Assembly (NCBI GenBank): GCA_963798145.1
Contig: CAWCSG010000023.1
Location: forward strand, 59,686 to 123,685
Direction: 5' to 3'
DNA: 64,000 nt
From: an uncultured Alphaproteobacteria bacterium
GTDB taxonomy: Bacteria > Pseudomonadota > Alphaproteobacteria > Geminicoccales > Geminicoccaceae
The first letter of the stretch is position 1, and every line of letters begins with the position of its first letter. The position numbers were made by a program, and so were the translations under genes. Below, in pieces: positions 30,964 to 40,698 of the stretch. The notes beneath the pieces are model-generated. The model was not told where the DNA came from. It saw only the letters and a program-made list of their open reading frames with translations, and did no database searches.

Positions 30964-32247
30964 ATGGCAACTCTGATTCTTTTCGGCACCTTCGTCGTTC
31001 TCCTGTTCATCGGTGTGCCGGTGGCTTTTGTGCTCGGCATCTCGGCGCTGACCACGGTTGTCTACATGGGCTTGCCGCCGCTGGTCGTGTTTCAGCGCAT
31101 GGCATCGGGCATGAATGTCTTCGCCCTCATGGCGATACCGTTCTTCATTTATGCCGGCGACTTGATGCTGCGCGGTGCGATCGCCGAGAAGCTGGTGCGG
31201 TTCGCATCGGCGGTGATCGGCCACCTGCGTGGTGGGCTGGGCCTCGTCAATGTGTTGGCCAGCACGTTCTTCGGCGGTGTTTCCGGCTCGGCCGTGGCCG
31301 ACGCCGCCGCGGTCGGTGGCTTGATGATCCCGCAGATGCAAAAGCGCGGCTACTCGGTGGACTACGCGGTCAATGTGACCGTGGTTTCGTCGGTAATCGC
31401 GTTGATGATCCCGCCGAGCCACAACATGATCATCTATTCGATCTCGGCCGGTGGCTCGATCTCGATTTCCGATCTGTTCACAGCCGGCATCGTCCCGGGC
31501 CTGCTCCTCGGCGTGCTGCTGATGATCACCGCCTACGTCGTCGCCCGGCGGCGCGGCTATCCGGCGGAGCCATTCCCGGGCTGGCAGACATTCGGGACGA
31601 TCTTCGTCGCGGCGGTGCCGGGCCTGCTGCTGGCAGCGATCATCGTCGGCGGCGTCCGCTCGGGCATCTTCACCGCCACCGAGAGTTCGACCATCGCGGT
31701 TCTCTACTCGATGCTGATCACGGCACTCGTCTACCGCAGTCTCAGTTGGGAAGACTTCAAGATCGCCACGCTGGGCGCGGTTCGGACCACGGCCATGGTC
31801 CTGCTCGTCATCGGTACCGCTTCGGCGTTCGGGTTCATCCTGGCGCTGCTGCAGATTCCCGCGGCGATGATCAACCTGATGACCTCGATCAGCGACAACC
31901 CGACCGTCATCTTCCTGTTGATCAATCTGATCCTTCTGGTGCTCGGCTGCTTCATGGACATGGCGCCGCTGATCCTGATCACGACGCCGATCTTCCTGCC
32001 GGTGGTCACCAAGTTCGGCATGGACCCGGTGCATTTCGGCATCGTCCTCGTGCTCAATCTCGGAATCGGCCTGTGCACGCCGCCCGTGGGCTCGGTGCTG
32101 TTCGTCGGCTGTGCCGTCGGCAAGATCCCGATCACCCAGGCGGTCCGCACGATCTGGCCATTCTACATCGCGGCGTTCGCCACCTTGATGCTGGTGACCT
32201 ACGTGCCGGTGATCTCGCTGGGCCTGCCGCATCTCTTCGCCAAATAG
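30964..32247 (+). CDS. dctM: TRAP transporter large permease
   Basis: AIPFFIYAG, GSAVAD, IPPSH, DPVHFG, GLCTPPVG. Confidence 0.93.
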   Translation: MATLILFGTFVVLLFIGVPVAFVLGISALTTVVYMGLPPLVVFQRMASGMNVFALMAIPFFIYAGDLMLRGAIAEKLVRFASAVIGHLRGGLGLVNVLASTFFGGVSGSAVADAAAVGGLMIPQMQKRGYSVDYAVNVTVVSSVIALMIPPSHNMIIYSISAGGSISISDLFTAGIVPGLLLGVLLMITAYVVARRRGYPAEPFPGWQTFGTIFVAAVPGLLLAAIIVGGVRSGIFTATESSTIAVLYSMLITALVYRSLSWEDFKIATLGAVRTTAMVLLVIGTASAFGFILALLQIPAAMINLMTSISDNPTVIFLLINLILLVLGCFMDMAPLILITTPIFLPVVTKFGMDPVHFGIVLVLNLGIGLCTPPVGSVLFVGCAVGKIPITQAVRTIWPFYIAAFATLMLVTYVPVISLGLPHLFAK

Positions 32248-32256
32248 GAGTAGACG

Positions 32257-33066
32257 ATGACGAAGGTTGCCCTTTCCGGCGCCGGCGGTGGTATCGGCCG
32301 CGTGCTGCGGCCGGCCCTTCTAGAGCGTGGCGTGGACCTGCGCTCCGCCGGCGGCACCAAGCCGTTGGAGGCGCTGTCGCCGCGCGAGGAGGTCATGCAT
32401 GGCGATCTGCGCGAACCGGCCGTGGTCGACCGGATGCTCGCGGGCGTCGATGTGCTGATCCACATGGCCGGGACCAGCGTCGAGCGACCGCTGCCCGAGA
32501 TCATCGAGAACAATCTGAAGGCGCTCCATGAGGTCTATGAGGGCGCTCGGCGGCACGGGGTGAAGCGCGTCGTCTTCGCCAGCTCGAACCACACGGTCGG
32601 CATGTACCCGGTCGAGGAGAAGCTGGGCCTCGACTGCGCCTTCCGGCCCGATGGCTTCTACGGCCTCAGCAAGGTCTGGGGCGAGGCCATGAGCCGGATG
32701 TATTGGGACAAGCACGGCATCGAGGGCATCAATCTGCGGATCGGCAGCACGCTGCCGCGCCCGACCGAGTTCCGCAACCTGAGCACCTGGCTCGGCCATG
32801 ATGATCTGCTGCAGTTGATCATGCGCTGCATCGAGGTGCCGGATATCGGCTATCTCGTTGTCTGGGGCGTCTCGAACAACACGCGTAGCTACTGGGACAA
32901 TAGCGGTGCCGAGCGACTCGGCTATCGTCCGGTCCAGAATTCGGAGGAATATGCCGAGGAGATCCTGAAGCAGCCGAATCCGCTCGATCCGGTGGCCCAG
33001 CGGTTCCAGGGCGGCAGCTTCGTCATGCACGACTATACACCGCCGAACCAGCGGCCGGGAGCCTGA
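32257..33066 (+). CDS. Uronate dehydrogenase-like NAD-dependent oxidoreductase
   Basis: SGAGGGIG, FASSNH, PDGFYGLSK, RIGS, STWLGHDD, VSNNTR: extended-SDR pattern typical of Udh. Confidence 0.75.
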   Translation: MTKVALSGAGGGIGRVLRPALLERGVDLRSAGGTKPLEALSPREEVMHGDLREPAVVDRMLAGVDVLIHMAGTSVERPLPEIIENNLKALHEVYEGARRHGVKRVVFASSNHTVGMYPVEEKLGLDCAFRPDGFYGLSKVWGEAMSRMYWDKHGIEGINLRIGSTLPRPTEFRNLSTWLGHDDLLQLIMRCIEVPDIGYLVVWGVSNNTRSYWDNSGAERLGYRPVQNSEEYAEEILKQPNPLDPVAQRFQGGSFVMHDYTPPNQRPGA

Positions 33067-33070
33067 CTCG

Positions 33071-33790
33071 ATGAGCGCACTGACCTCCGACACCCGCGAA
33101 CAGCTGAAGGCAATCAGCACCGCGACGCTGATGAGCTGCCTGTTCAAGCGCGGCCTGCGCAATCAGTTCATCCAGGATGTGCGGCCGCTCAACCCCAGTG
33201 CGGGCACGATGGTCGGCGAGGCGTTCACCTTGCGCTACATGCCGGCGCGCGAGGATCTCAATCCGATGACGGTGTTTCAGAACCCGGAGCACCCACAGCG
33301 TAAGGCGGTCGAGCTGTGCCCGCCTGGGGCCGTGCTGGTGATGGATAGCCGCAAAGACCCGCGCGCGGCTTCGGCGGGATCGATCCTGATCTCGCGCCTG
33401 ATGGTGCGCGGTGCCGCCGGCGTGGTGACCGACGGCGGGTTTCGCGACTCCGGCGAGATCGCGCGGCTGGCGATGCCGAGCTACCACAACCGCCCGTCGG
33501 CGCCGACCAACCTGACCCTGCACCAGGCGATCGACATCAACGTGCCGATCGGCTGCGGCGATGCGCCGGTGTTCCCGGGCGACGTAATCGTCGGCGATGC
33601 CGACGGCGTGGTGGTGATCCCGGCCCATCTGGCAGCAGAGATCGCGATCGAGGCCGTCGGCATGACCGCGTTCGAGGATTTCGTCACCGAGGAGGTGCTC
33701 AAGGGCCGCTCGATCATCGGCCTCTACCCGGCGACGCAGGACAAGACGCACGCGGATTTTGCCGCCTGGCGGCAGGCCAACGGCCGATGA
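33071..33790 (+). CDS. RraA/HMG-aldolase family protein
   Basis: GEAFTLRY, GVVTDGGFRD, PGDVIVGDADGVVVIP. Confidence 0.85.
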   Translation: MSALTSDTREQLKAISTATLMSCLFKRGLRNQFIQDVRPLNPSAGTMVGEAFTLRYMPAREDLNPMTVFQNPEHPQRKAVELCPPGAVLVMDSRKDPRAASAGSILISRLMVRGAAGVVTDGGFRDSGEIARLAMPSYHNRPSAPTNLTLHQAIDINVPIGCGDAPVFPGDVIVGDADGVVVIPAHLAAEIAIEAVGMTAFEDFVTEEVLKGRSIIGLYPATQDKTHADFAAWRQANGR

Positions 33791-35267
33791 ACGTCGGCCG
33801 CAACTACATCGCGGGCGAGTGGGTGTCGGCGGCCCAGGCGTCGGCGGACATCAACCCCTCCAACACCGGCGACGTTCTGGGGCAGTACCCGCAAGCAAAC
33901 GCCGCCGACGCGGAGCGGGCGATCGCGGCCGCGCAGGACGCATTCCCGGCGTGGTCGCGCAGCACGCCACAGTTGCGTCACGACATCCTCAAGCGCATCG
34001 GCGACGAGCTGCTGGCGCGCAAGGACGAGATCGGCGCCATCCTGTCGCGCGAGGAGGGCAAGCCGCTCGTCGAGGGGATCGGCGAGACGGTGCGCGCGGC
34101 GCAGATCTTCCTGTTCTTCTCCGGCGAGGCGCTGCGGCTGACCGGTGACAAGCTGGCTTCGGTGCGCCCGGGGGTCGACATCGAGATCACGCGCGAGCCG
34201 GTGGGCGTGGTCGGGATGATCTGCCCCTGGAACTTCCCGATCGCGATCCCGGCCTGGAAGACCGCGCCCGCCCTGGCCTACGGCAACTGCGTCGTGCTCA
34301 AGCCGGCCGAGCTGGTGCCGGCGACCGCCACCGCGCTGGCCGAGATCATCGCCCGCGCCGGCGTTCCGCCCGGCGTCTTCAACCTGCTCATCGGCCGCGG
34401 CTCGGTCGTGGGCGAGGCGATGCTGCGCCATCCGGGCGTGAACGCGATCACCTTCACCGGCTCGGTCGGAACCGGGCGCCGGGTTGCGGCGACCTGCATC
34501 GCTTCCGATCCGATGAAGAAGGTGCAGCTGGAGATGGGCGGCAAGAATCCGCTCGTGGTGCTGGACGACGCGGATCTTGCGAATGCGGTCGAGACCGCCG
34601 TCAATGGCGCCTATTTCTCGACCGGCCAGCGCTGCACCGCCTCCTCGCGCCTGATCGTCACCGAGGGCATCCACGACCGCTTCATCGAGGGGGTGACCGC
34701 ACGGCTGAAGGCGCTGGTGATCGGCGACGCGCTGGCGCCGGAGACCCAGATCGGCCCTGTGGTCGACCAGACCCAGCTCGACCAGGACCTCCGCTATGTC
34801 GGCATCGGCAAGGAGGAGGGGGCCAAGTTGCCTTCGGTGGCGAGCAGCTCAAGCGGGCGACGCCCGGCTTCTACATGGCGCCGGCACTGTTCGTGGATGT
34901 CGACCCAGGCATGCGGATCTCGCGCGAGGAGATCTTCGGACCGGTCGCCGGCGTGATCCGCGCCAAGGACTATGAGGAGGCGCTGGAGCTCGCCAACGAC
35001 ACCGAGTTTGGCCTGACCGCCGGCATCTGTACCACCAGCCTGAAGCATGCGAGCCATTTCCGCCGCAACGCGGAAGCCGGGATGGTAATGGTCAACCTGC
35101 CCACCGCCGGCGTCGACTACCATGTGCCGTTCGGCGGCCGCAAAGGCTCGAGCTATGGCCCGCGCGAGCAGGGTTCGTATGCCAAGGAATTCTACACGAT
35201 CGTGAAGACCGCCTACACGTACGACTTGAACGGGCCATATGAGCCGAAGACCAAGGCACCCGGATAG
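33787..35267 (+). CDS. Aldehyde dehydrogenase (alpha-ketoglutaric semialdehyde dehydrogenase-like), -1 frameshift at about 34830
   Basis: PWNFP, FTGS, LEMGGKN, GQRCTA, EEIFGP. Restoring one G (TTG GCC) gives GAKLAFGGEQLKRATPGFYMAP and joins the two ORFs. Confidence 0.9.
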
Positions 35268-35321
35268 CCAGTACTCGACTCTAATCCGCACTTACTGCGA
35301 TCAGTCAGGGAGGAAGAGCAG

Positions 35322-35449
35322 ATGTTGAGAAGAGGCCTGCATTGGACCCGTCTGGCCGCCACCGTCGGCCTCGCCTCGGCACTGCGGCGGCCGAACGCGA
35401 GAAATGGGCTGCGGTGATCAAGGACGCTAACATCAGCATCGACGGGTGA
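35322..35449 (+). pseudogene. Internally deleted Bug/TctC gene (signal peptide joined out of frame to the last ~19 codons)
   Basis: GGGAGG RBS, MLRRGLHWTRLAATVGLASA, then in another frame [19 protein letters not shown], the typical TctC C-terminus. Confidence 0.6.
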
Positions 35450-35513
35450 GCCGGCGCGGCGCCGCCCTCCGCGGACGGCGTTGCCGGCTGGGCCTTTGCA
35501 AGGTGGGATCGAG

Positions 35514-37238
35514 ATGAGCAGGAAGAAACCGGAAGAACTGCGCAGCCATCGCTGGTACGGCGTGAAGGATTTGCGCTCGTTCGGGCACCGCTCGCGCACG
35601 GCGCAGATGGGCTATGATCGCTCGGACTATGCCGGCAAGCCGGTGATCGCGATCATCAACACCTGGTCCGACATCAACCCGTGCCACTCGCATTTCAAGC
35701 AGCGGGTCGAGGAGGTGAAGCGGGGCATCTGGCAGGCGGGCGGCTTCCCGGTCGAGCTGCCGGCGATGTCGCTGTCGGAGCCGTTCCAGAAACCGACGAC
35801 GATGATGTACCGCAACTTTCTGGCCATGGAGACCGAGGAGCTGTTGCGCTCGCACCCGGCCGACGGGGCGGTGCTGATGGGCGGCTGCGACAAGACCACG
35901 CCGGCCCTGATCATGGGCGCGATCTCGATGGACCTGCCTGCCATCTACATGCCGGGCGGGGCCATGCTGCGCGGCAATTGGGGCGGGGCCACGCTCGGCT
36001 CCGGCAGCGATACCTGGAAATACTGGGCCGAGCTGCGCAGCGGCAAGATTACCGAGGAGGACTGGGGCGAGATCGAGCAGGGCATCGCCCGCTCGCCCGG
36101 CCACTGCATGACGATGGGCACCGCCTCGACCATGACCGGTGCGGCGGAGGGCCTGGGCTTCACGTTGCCCGGCGCCTCGTCGATCCCGGCACCGGACTCG
36201 CGCCATGCCGCGATGGCGACGCTGACCGGCAAGCGCATCGTCGAGATGGTCTGGGAGGACTGGAAGCCGTCCGACTGGTTGACCCCGGCCTCGTTCGACA
36301 ACGCCGTGACCACGGTGCTGGCGCTGGGCGGCTCGACCAACGCCGTCGTGCATCTGATCGCGATGGCGCGCCGCGCGGGTGTGCCGCTCGACCTCGACCG
36401 CTTCGACGCGCTGGCGCGGCGCACGCCGCTGCTGGCGAACATCCGCCCATCGGGTGCCTTCCTGATGGAGGATTTCTACTATGCTGGGGGTCTGCGCGGG
36501 ATGCTGGCCCGGCTGGGCGAGCTGCTCTCCCTCGACGCCCGCACCGTCAACGGCAGGACGCTCGGCGAGAACGTCGCCGGCAGCAAGGTGTTCAACGACG
36601 AGGTGATCCGGCCGCTCGACCGGCCGCTGGTGGCCGGCGACAGCCTGGCCGTGCTGCGCGGCAACCTCGCGCCGAACGGTGCAGTGATCAAGCCGCCGTC
36701 GGCCGAGGCCCAGCTGCATCGGCATCGGGGCCGGGCGGTCGTGTTCAACAGCTACGACGAGATGGCGGCGCGGATCGACGATCCGAACCTCGACGTCGAC
36801 GCGAGCTCGGTGCTGGTGCTGCGCAACGCCGGTCCCCTCGGTGCCCCCGGCATGCCGGAATGGGGCCAGCTGCCGATCCCGCAGAAGCTGCTCAAGGAGG
36901 GCGTGCGCGACATGCTGCGAATCTCGGATTCGCGCATGAGCGGCACCAGCTACGGCGCCTGCGTGCTGCACGTGGCGCCAGAATCGTTCGTCGGCGGACC
37001 GTTGGCGCTGGTCGTCGAGGGCGATGTGATCGAGCTCGACATCCCGGCCCGCCGGCTCACGCTGCAGGTCGGCGATGAGGAGCTGGCCCGGCGGCGTGCC
37101 GCCTGGCGTCAACCGCCCCAGCCTTACACGCGTGGCTACGGCGCCATGTTCGCCCAGCACATCACCCAGGCGGACCAGGGTTGCGACTTCGACTATCTGG
37201 AGCGCGGCGCGCCGACGCCGGATCCCGAGATTCACTGA
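35514..37238 (+). CDS. IlvD/Edd family sugar-acid dehydratase (L-arabinonate dehydratase-like)
   Basis: [38 protein letters not shown]. Confidence 0.9.
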   Translation: MSRKKPEELRSHRWYGVKDLRSFGHRSRTAQMGYDRSDYAGKPVIAIINTWSDINPCHSHFKQRVEEVKRGIWQAGGFPVELPAMSLSEPFQKPTTMMYRNFLAMETEELLRSHPADGAVLMGGCDKTTPALIMGAISMDLPAIYMPGGAMLRGNWGGATLGSGSDTWKYWAELRSGKITEEDWGEIEQGIARSPGHCMTMGTASTMTGAAEGLGFTLPGASSIPAPDSRHAAMATLTGKRIVEMVWEDWKPSDWLTPASFDNAVTTVLALGGSTNAVVHLIAMARRAGVPLDLDRFDALARRTPLLANIRPSGAFLMEDFYYAGGLRGMLARLGELLSLDARTVNGRTLGENVAGSKVFNDEVIRPLDRPLVAGDSLAVLRGNLAPNGAVIKPPSAEAQLHRHRGRAVVFNSYDEMAARIDDPNLDVDASSVLVLRNAGPLGAPGMPEWGQLPIPQKLLKEGVRDMLRISDSRMSGTSYGACVLHVAPESFVGGPLALVVEGDVIELDIPARRLTLQVGDEELARRRAAWRQPPQPYTRGYGAMFAQHITQADQGCDFDYLERGAPTPDPEIH

Positions 37239-37261
37239 ACGACTGCCGGAGGAAAGACGCC

Positions 37262-38026
37262 ATGGATGTGCCCGCCAATCACTTCAAGCGCGCGATCAAA
37301 TCGGGGCAGTCGCAGATCGGGCTCTGGTGCAGCCTCGCCAGCAACGTCTCGGTCGAGATCGTGGCCGGCTCAGGCTTCGACTGGCTGCTGCTCGACACCG
37401 AGCATTCACCCAATGAGCTGCCGATGGTCTTCAGCCAGCTCCAGGCGGTGATGGAGAACCAGGTCCAGCCGATCGTCCGTCCGCCGTGGAACGACCACGT
37501 GATGATCAAGCGCTTCCTCGACGCGGGCGTGCAGACCCTGCTGATCCCGATGATCCAGACCGTCGCGGAGGCGGAGCAGGCGGTGGCTTCCACCCGTTAT
37601 CCACCGCGCGGCGTCCGCGGCTTCGCCTCGGCTTCGCGCTCGTCGCGGTTCGGCCGGGTCAAGGACTACCATACCCGTTGCGAAGAGGAGCTGTGCGTCC
37701 TGGTCCAGATCGAGACCAAGCTGGGATTGGACAATCTGGACGCGATCGCGCGGGTCGATGGCGTCGATGGCGTGTTCATCGGTCCGGGCGATCTGTCCGC
37801 GGGCCTGGGCTATCTCGGCGACCAGACCAACCCGGCGATGGTCCGCGTCTACGACGACGCAATCGACCGCATCAAGGCCGCCGGCCGGGCCCCGGGCTTC
37901 CTCACCGGCGACGAGGCGTTGGCGCGGCGGTGCATCGAGCGGGGCTGCCTGTTCACCGCCGTGGGCGCCGATTCCGGCATCCTGGCGCGCGGCTCGGAGC
38001 AGCTCGCGGCCAAGTTCCGACGTTGA
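37262..38026 (+). CDS. HpcH/HpaI class II pyruvate aldolase (GarL/RhmA-like)
   Basis: DTEHSPN, IVRP, LDAG, VQIET, FIGPGDLS. Confidence 0.92.
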   Translation: MDVPANHFKRAIKSGQSQIGLWCSLASNVSVEIVAGSGFDWLLLDTEHSPNELPMVFSQLQAVMENQVQPIVRPPWNDHVMIKRFLDAGVQTLLIPMIQTVAEAEQAVASTRYPPRGVRGFASASRSSRFGRVKDYHTRCEEELCVLVQIETKLGLDNLDAIARVDGVDGVFIGPGDLSAGLGYLGDQTNPAMVRVYDDAIDRIKAAGRAPGFLTGDEALARRCIERGCLFTAVGADSGILARGSEQLAAKFRR

Positions 38027-38196
38027 AGTCAACCAAGAGAGCCGGCCGGATCTGCAACAATGCGCATGGAGATCTGTAGGCGCTCGAAAGAGAGGGATAG
38101 AGCCGTAAAGCTCTCCGCCGTCGATACAACGTTCACGGTGGAATACCTGACGAGGTTGGCGAATTCGTCCAGGCCGAGCTGACCTGATGGTGCGAG

Positions 38197-39195
38197 GTGA
38201 CGAAGGACGCCAACATCGCCATCGACCGAGTGGCAGATGAGCAAGGAGTGCCACCATTGAAACCCGAAATCGTCCTGATCCAGCAGATGATGCCGAGCCT
38301 CGAGGCGGTGCTCGACCGCGACTATATCGTCCACCGCATCGATGGTCGCGCCGACATCGGCGCGCTGCCCGCGGCGGCCCGAGGGCGGATTCGCGCGATC
38401 GTCACGGGTGGCGGCACCGGCGCCGCGCCGGAACTGGTCGAGGCGTTGCCGGCGCTCGAGGTCATCACCATCAATGGCGTCGGCACGGACGCGGTCGATC
38501 TCCCACATGCGCAGGCACGCGGTGTTCGGGTCACCAACACGCCGGACGTGCTGACCGACGATGTCGCCGACATGGCCCTGGCTTTGATCCTGGCGACGCT
38601 GAGACGGATCTGCGTCGGTGACCGGCTGGTGCGCGCGGGCGAGTGGGGCACGGCGCCTATTCCGCTGGCGACCAAGTTCACCGGCAAGCGGCTCGGTATC
38701 CTGGGACTAGGCCGGATCGGCCGGGCGATTGCCAGGCGGGCGAACGGATTCGACGTCGCGATCGCCTATACGGACCAGCGCGCATTCGATGATTTGCCCT
38801 ATCGCTTCGAGCCGTCGCTGGTGGCGCTCGCCCGCGACAGTGACGTGCTGGTGGTCGCGGCCGCCGGCGGTCTCACCTCGCAGAAGCTGGTCAACCGTGA
38901 GGTTCTCAACGCGCTCGGGCCCGATGGGGTCCTCGTCAACATCGCCCGTGGGACGATCGTCGACGAAGCGGCGCTGGTCGAGGCGTTACTCGAGGGCCGC
39001 CTGGGCGGTGCCGGCCTCGACGTGTTCGAGCGCGAGCCGCACGTGCCCGAAGCGCTGTACCGTATGAAGCAGGTGGTGCTGCAGCCGCACCAGGCGAGCG
39101 CCACGGAGGAGACCCGGCAGGCAATGGCCCGGATCGTACTCGAGAATCTCGCCGCGCAATTCGCAGGAAAGCCGCTGCCGACTGCAGTTGTCTAG
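38197..39195 (+). CDS. D-2-hydroxyacid dehydrogenase (glyoxylate/hydroxypyruvate reductase-like)
   Basis: GVGTDAVD, TNTPDVLTDDVAD, GLGRIG, NIARG, DVFEREP, PHQAS; start uncertain. Confidence 0.9.
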   Translation: MTKDANIAIDRVADEQGVPPLKPEIVLIQQMMPSLEAVLDRDYIVHRIDGRADIGALPAAARGRIRAIVTGGGTGAAPELVEALPALEVITINGVGTDAVDLPHAQARGVRVTNTPDVLTDDVADMALALILATLRRICVGDRLVRAGEWGTAPIPLATKFTGKRLGILGLGRIGRAIARRANGFDVAIAYTDQRAFDDLPYRFEPSLVALARDSDVLVVAAAGGLTSQKLVNREVLNALGPDGVLVNIARGTIVDEAALVEALLEGRLGGAGLDVFEREPHVPEALYRMKQVVLQPHQASATEETRQAMARIVLENLAAQFAGKPLPTAVV

Positions 39196-39485
39196 AATGT
39201 CCGCGGAGGAGGCATCAATGTCGAGCAGCTTTGTGAAGCCGCGTGGTCGGCTGGGTCCTGATCGAGTTCAGGGAGCGAAGCTGAGATCGACGGTTGGGGT
39301 TCAATCGATCAAGTGGGGCGCTTGGGAGATGCCAAGTGCCGTGTTGAGAGCGTCCTGCAAAACTGACCCGACGTTAAGATGTTCGGCCGCGCTCGTCTTG
39401 GCAAGACTGGAGTAACCGCTGTCTTACACTGGCTACAGCAGCCATCGCGGCTTTGGAGGACTCTAGGAAAATCACTCGCAGAACA

Positions 39486-39658
39486 ATGGTGGCCGCTGCT
39501 GGTGCTGCAGCACTGCTGGCTTCGGGGATCTCACCATCTTCTTCACCAAGAGCTGGATTGCGGTGCTGATGTGGGTGTTGATCGTGGCGTCCGTCCTGGG
39601 GTCCGTGGTCATGTCCCGGCGCAAGGCCCAAATCGCTGCGGATCAGGTCGCATCTTGA
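39486..39658 (+). pseudogene. Possible 3' remnant of a TctA permease gene
   Basis: ALLASG|DLTIFFTKSWIAVLMWVLIVASVLGSVVMSRRK...* resembles the TctA C-terminus (ALLxSxGDxxIFF, one TM, basic tail); no in-frame start. Confidence 0.4.
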
Positions 39659-39883
39659 GCAACTCGCGCCGTGCCGCCGGCGTCCGGGAACATCCGCGTG
39701 CGTCGCGGTCGCATTGCCCCCCGAAGCGCATCAGCACCTTCGCCCTCGACGTGGTTGTCAGGCGGGGGTCAGGTTGACACTCTGGCGCTGCGTCGCGTAC
39801 TGCTCGCCGGTTGGCCGCCAGCTGAGCGCGTCCGCGTTGTCCGGGACAAAGCGAAGTCTTCACCAGCCAAGGGAGGGTAGCCC

Positions 39884-40672
39884 ATGCCAAAATTCGCGGC
39901 CAATCTCACCATGCTCTACAACGAGCACGATTTCCTCGACCGGTTCGCGGCGGCGGCCGCCGACGGCTTTGCCGGCGTCGAGTATCTGTTTCCCTACGCC
40001 TACCCGAAGGAAGAACTGGCGGCGCGTCTGAAGGAGCACCGGCTGGTCCAGGCATTGCACAATCTGCCAGCCGGGGACTGGGCTGCGGGCGAGCGCGGCA
40101 TCGCCTGCCTGCCGGGTCGTGAAGACGAATTTCGCGCCAGCGTTGGCCTAGGCATCGAGTACGCGACCGCGCTCGGCTGCAAGCGCGTGAACTGCCTGGC
40201 TGGCATCCCGCCCAAGGATGCTCCGGCGGCCGCAGTCCGTCACACCTTGGTCGACAATCTGCGCTATGCCGCACCGGCGTTCGAGAAGGCCGGCATCGGG
40301 CTGGTGGTCGAGGCCATCAACACGCGCGACATCCCGGGCTTCTATCTCAATCGCTCGGCGCAAACGATCGAGATCATGGACGAGGTCGGATCAGGCAATT
40401 TGTCCCTGCAATATGACTTTTATCATATGCAGATCATGGAGGGCGATCTCGTGCCGACCTTCCGCCGGATCAAGGACCGGATCGGTCACGTGCAGATCGC
40501 GGACACGCCCGGCCGCAACGAACCCGGCACCGGCGAGATCAACTATCCGTTCATCTTCGCGGCCCTGGACGAGGCCGGCTACGACGGCTGGGTCGGTTGC
40601 GAGTACAAGCCCGCCACCACCACGGCGGCTGGACTCGGCTGGTTCGCTCCCTACTGCAGAAGCGCCGCCTGA
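39884..40672 (+). CDS. hyi: Hydroxypyruvate isomerase
   Basis: MPKFAANL, VEYLFPY, EAINTRD, YDFYHMQ, QIADTPGRNEPGTGEINY, GCEY. Confidence 0.96.
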   Translation: MPKFAANLTMLYNEHDFLDRFAAAAADGFAGVEYLFPYAYPKEELAARLKEHRLVQALHNLPAGDWAAGERGIACLPGREDEFRASVGLGIEYATALGCKRVNCLAGIPPKDAPAAAVRHTLVDNLRYAAPAFEKAGIGLVVEAINTRDIPGFYLNRSAQTIEIMDEVGSGNLSLQYDFYHMQIMEGDLVPTFRRIKDRIGHVQIADTPGRNEPGTGEINYPFIFAALDEAGYDGWVGCEYKPATTTAAGLGWFAPYCRSAA

Positions 40673-40698
40673 CCGGTGGCTCAATTGGAGTTTCACGC

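Noticed and set aside
39330-39370. GAGAGCGTCCTGCAAAACT as an IS terminal repeat
   Set aside because: No partner repeat and no transposase trace nearby.
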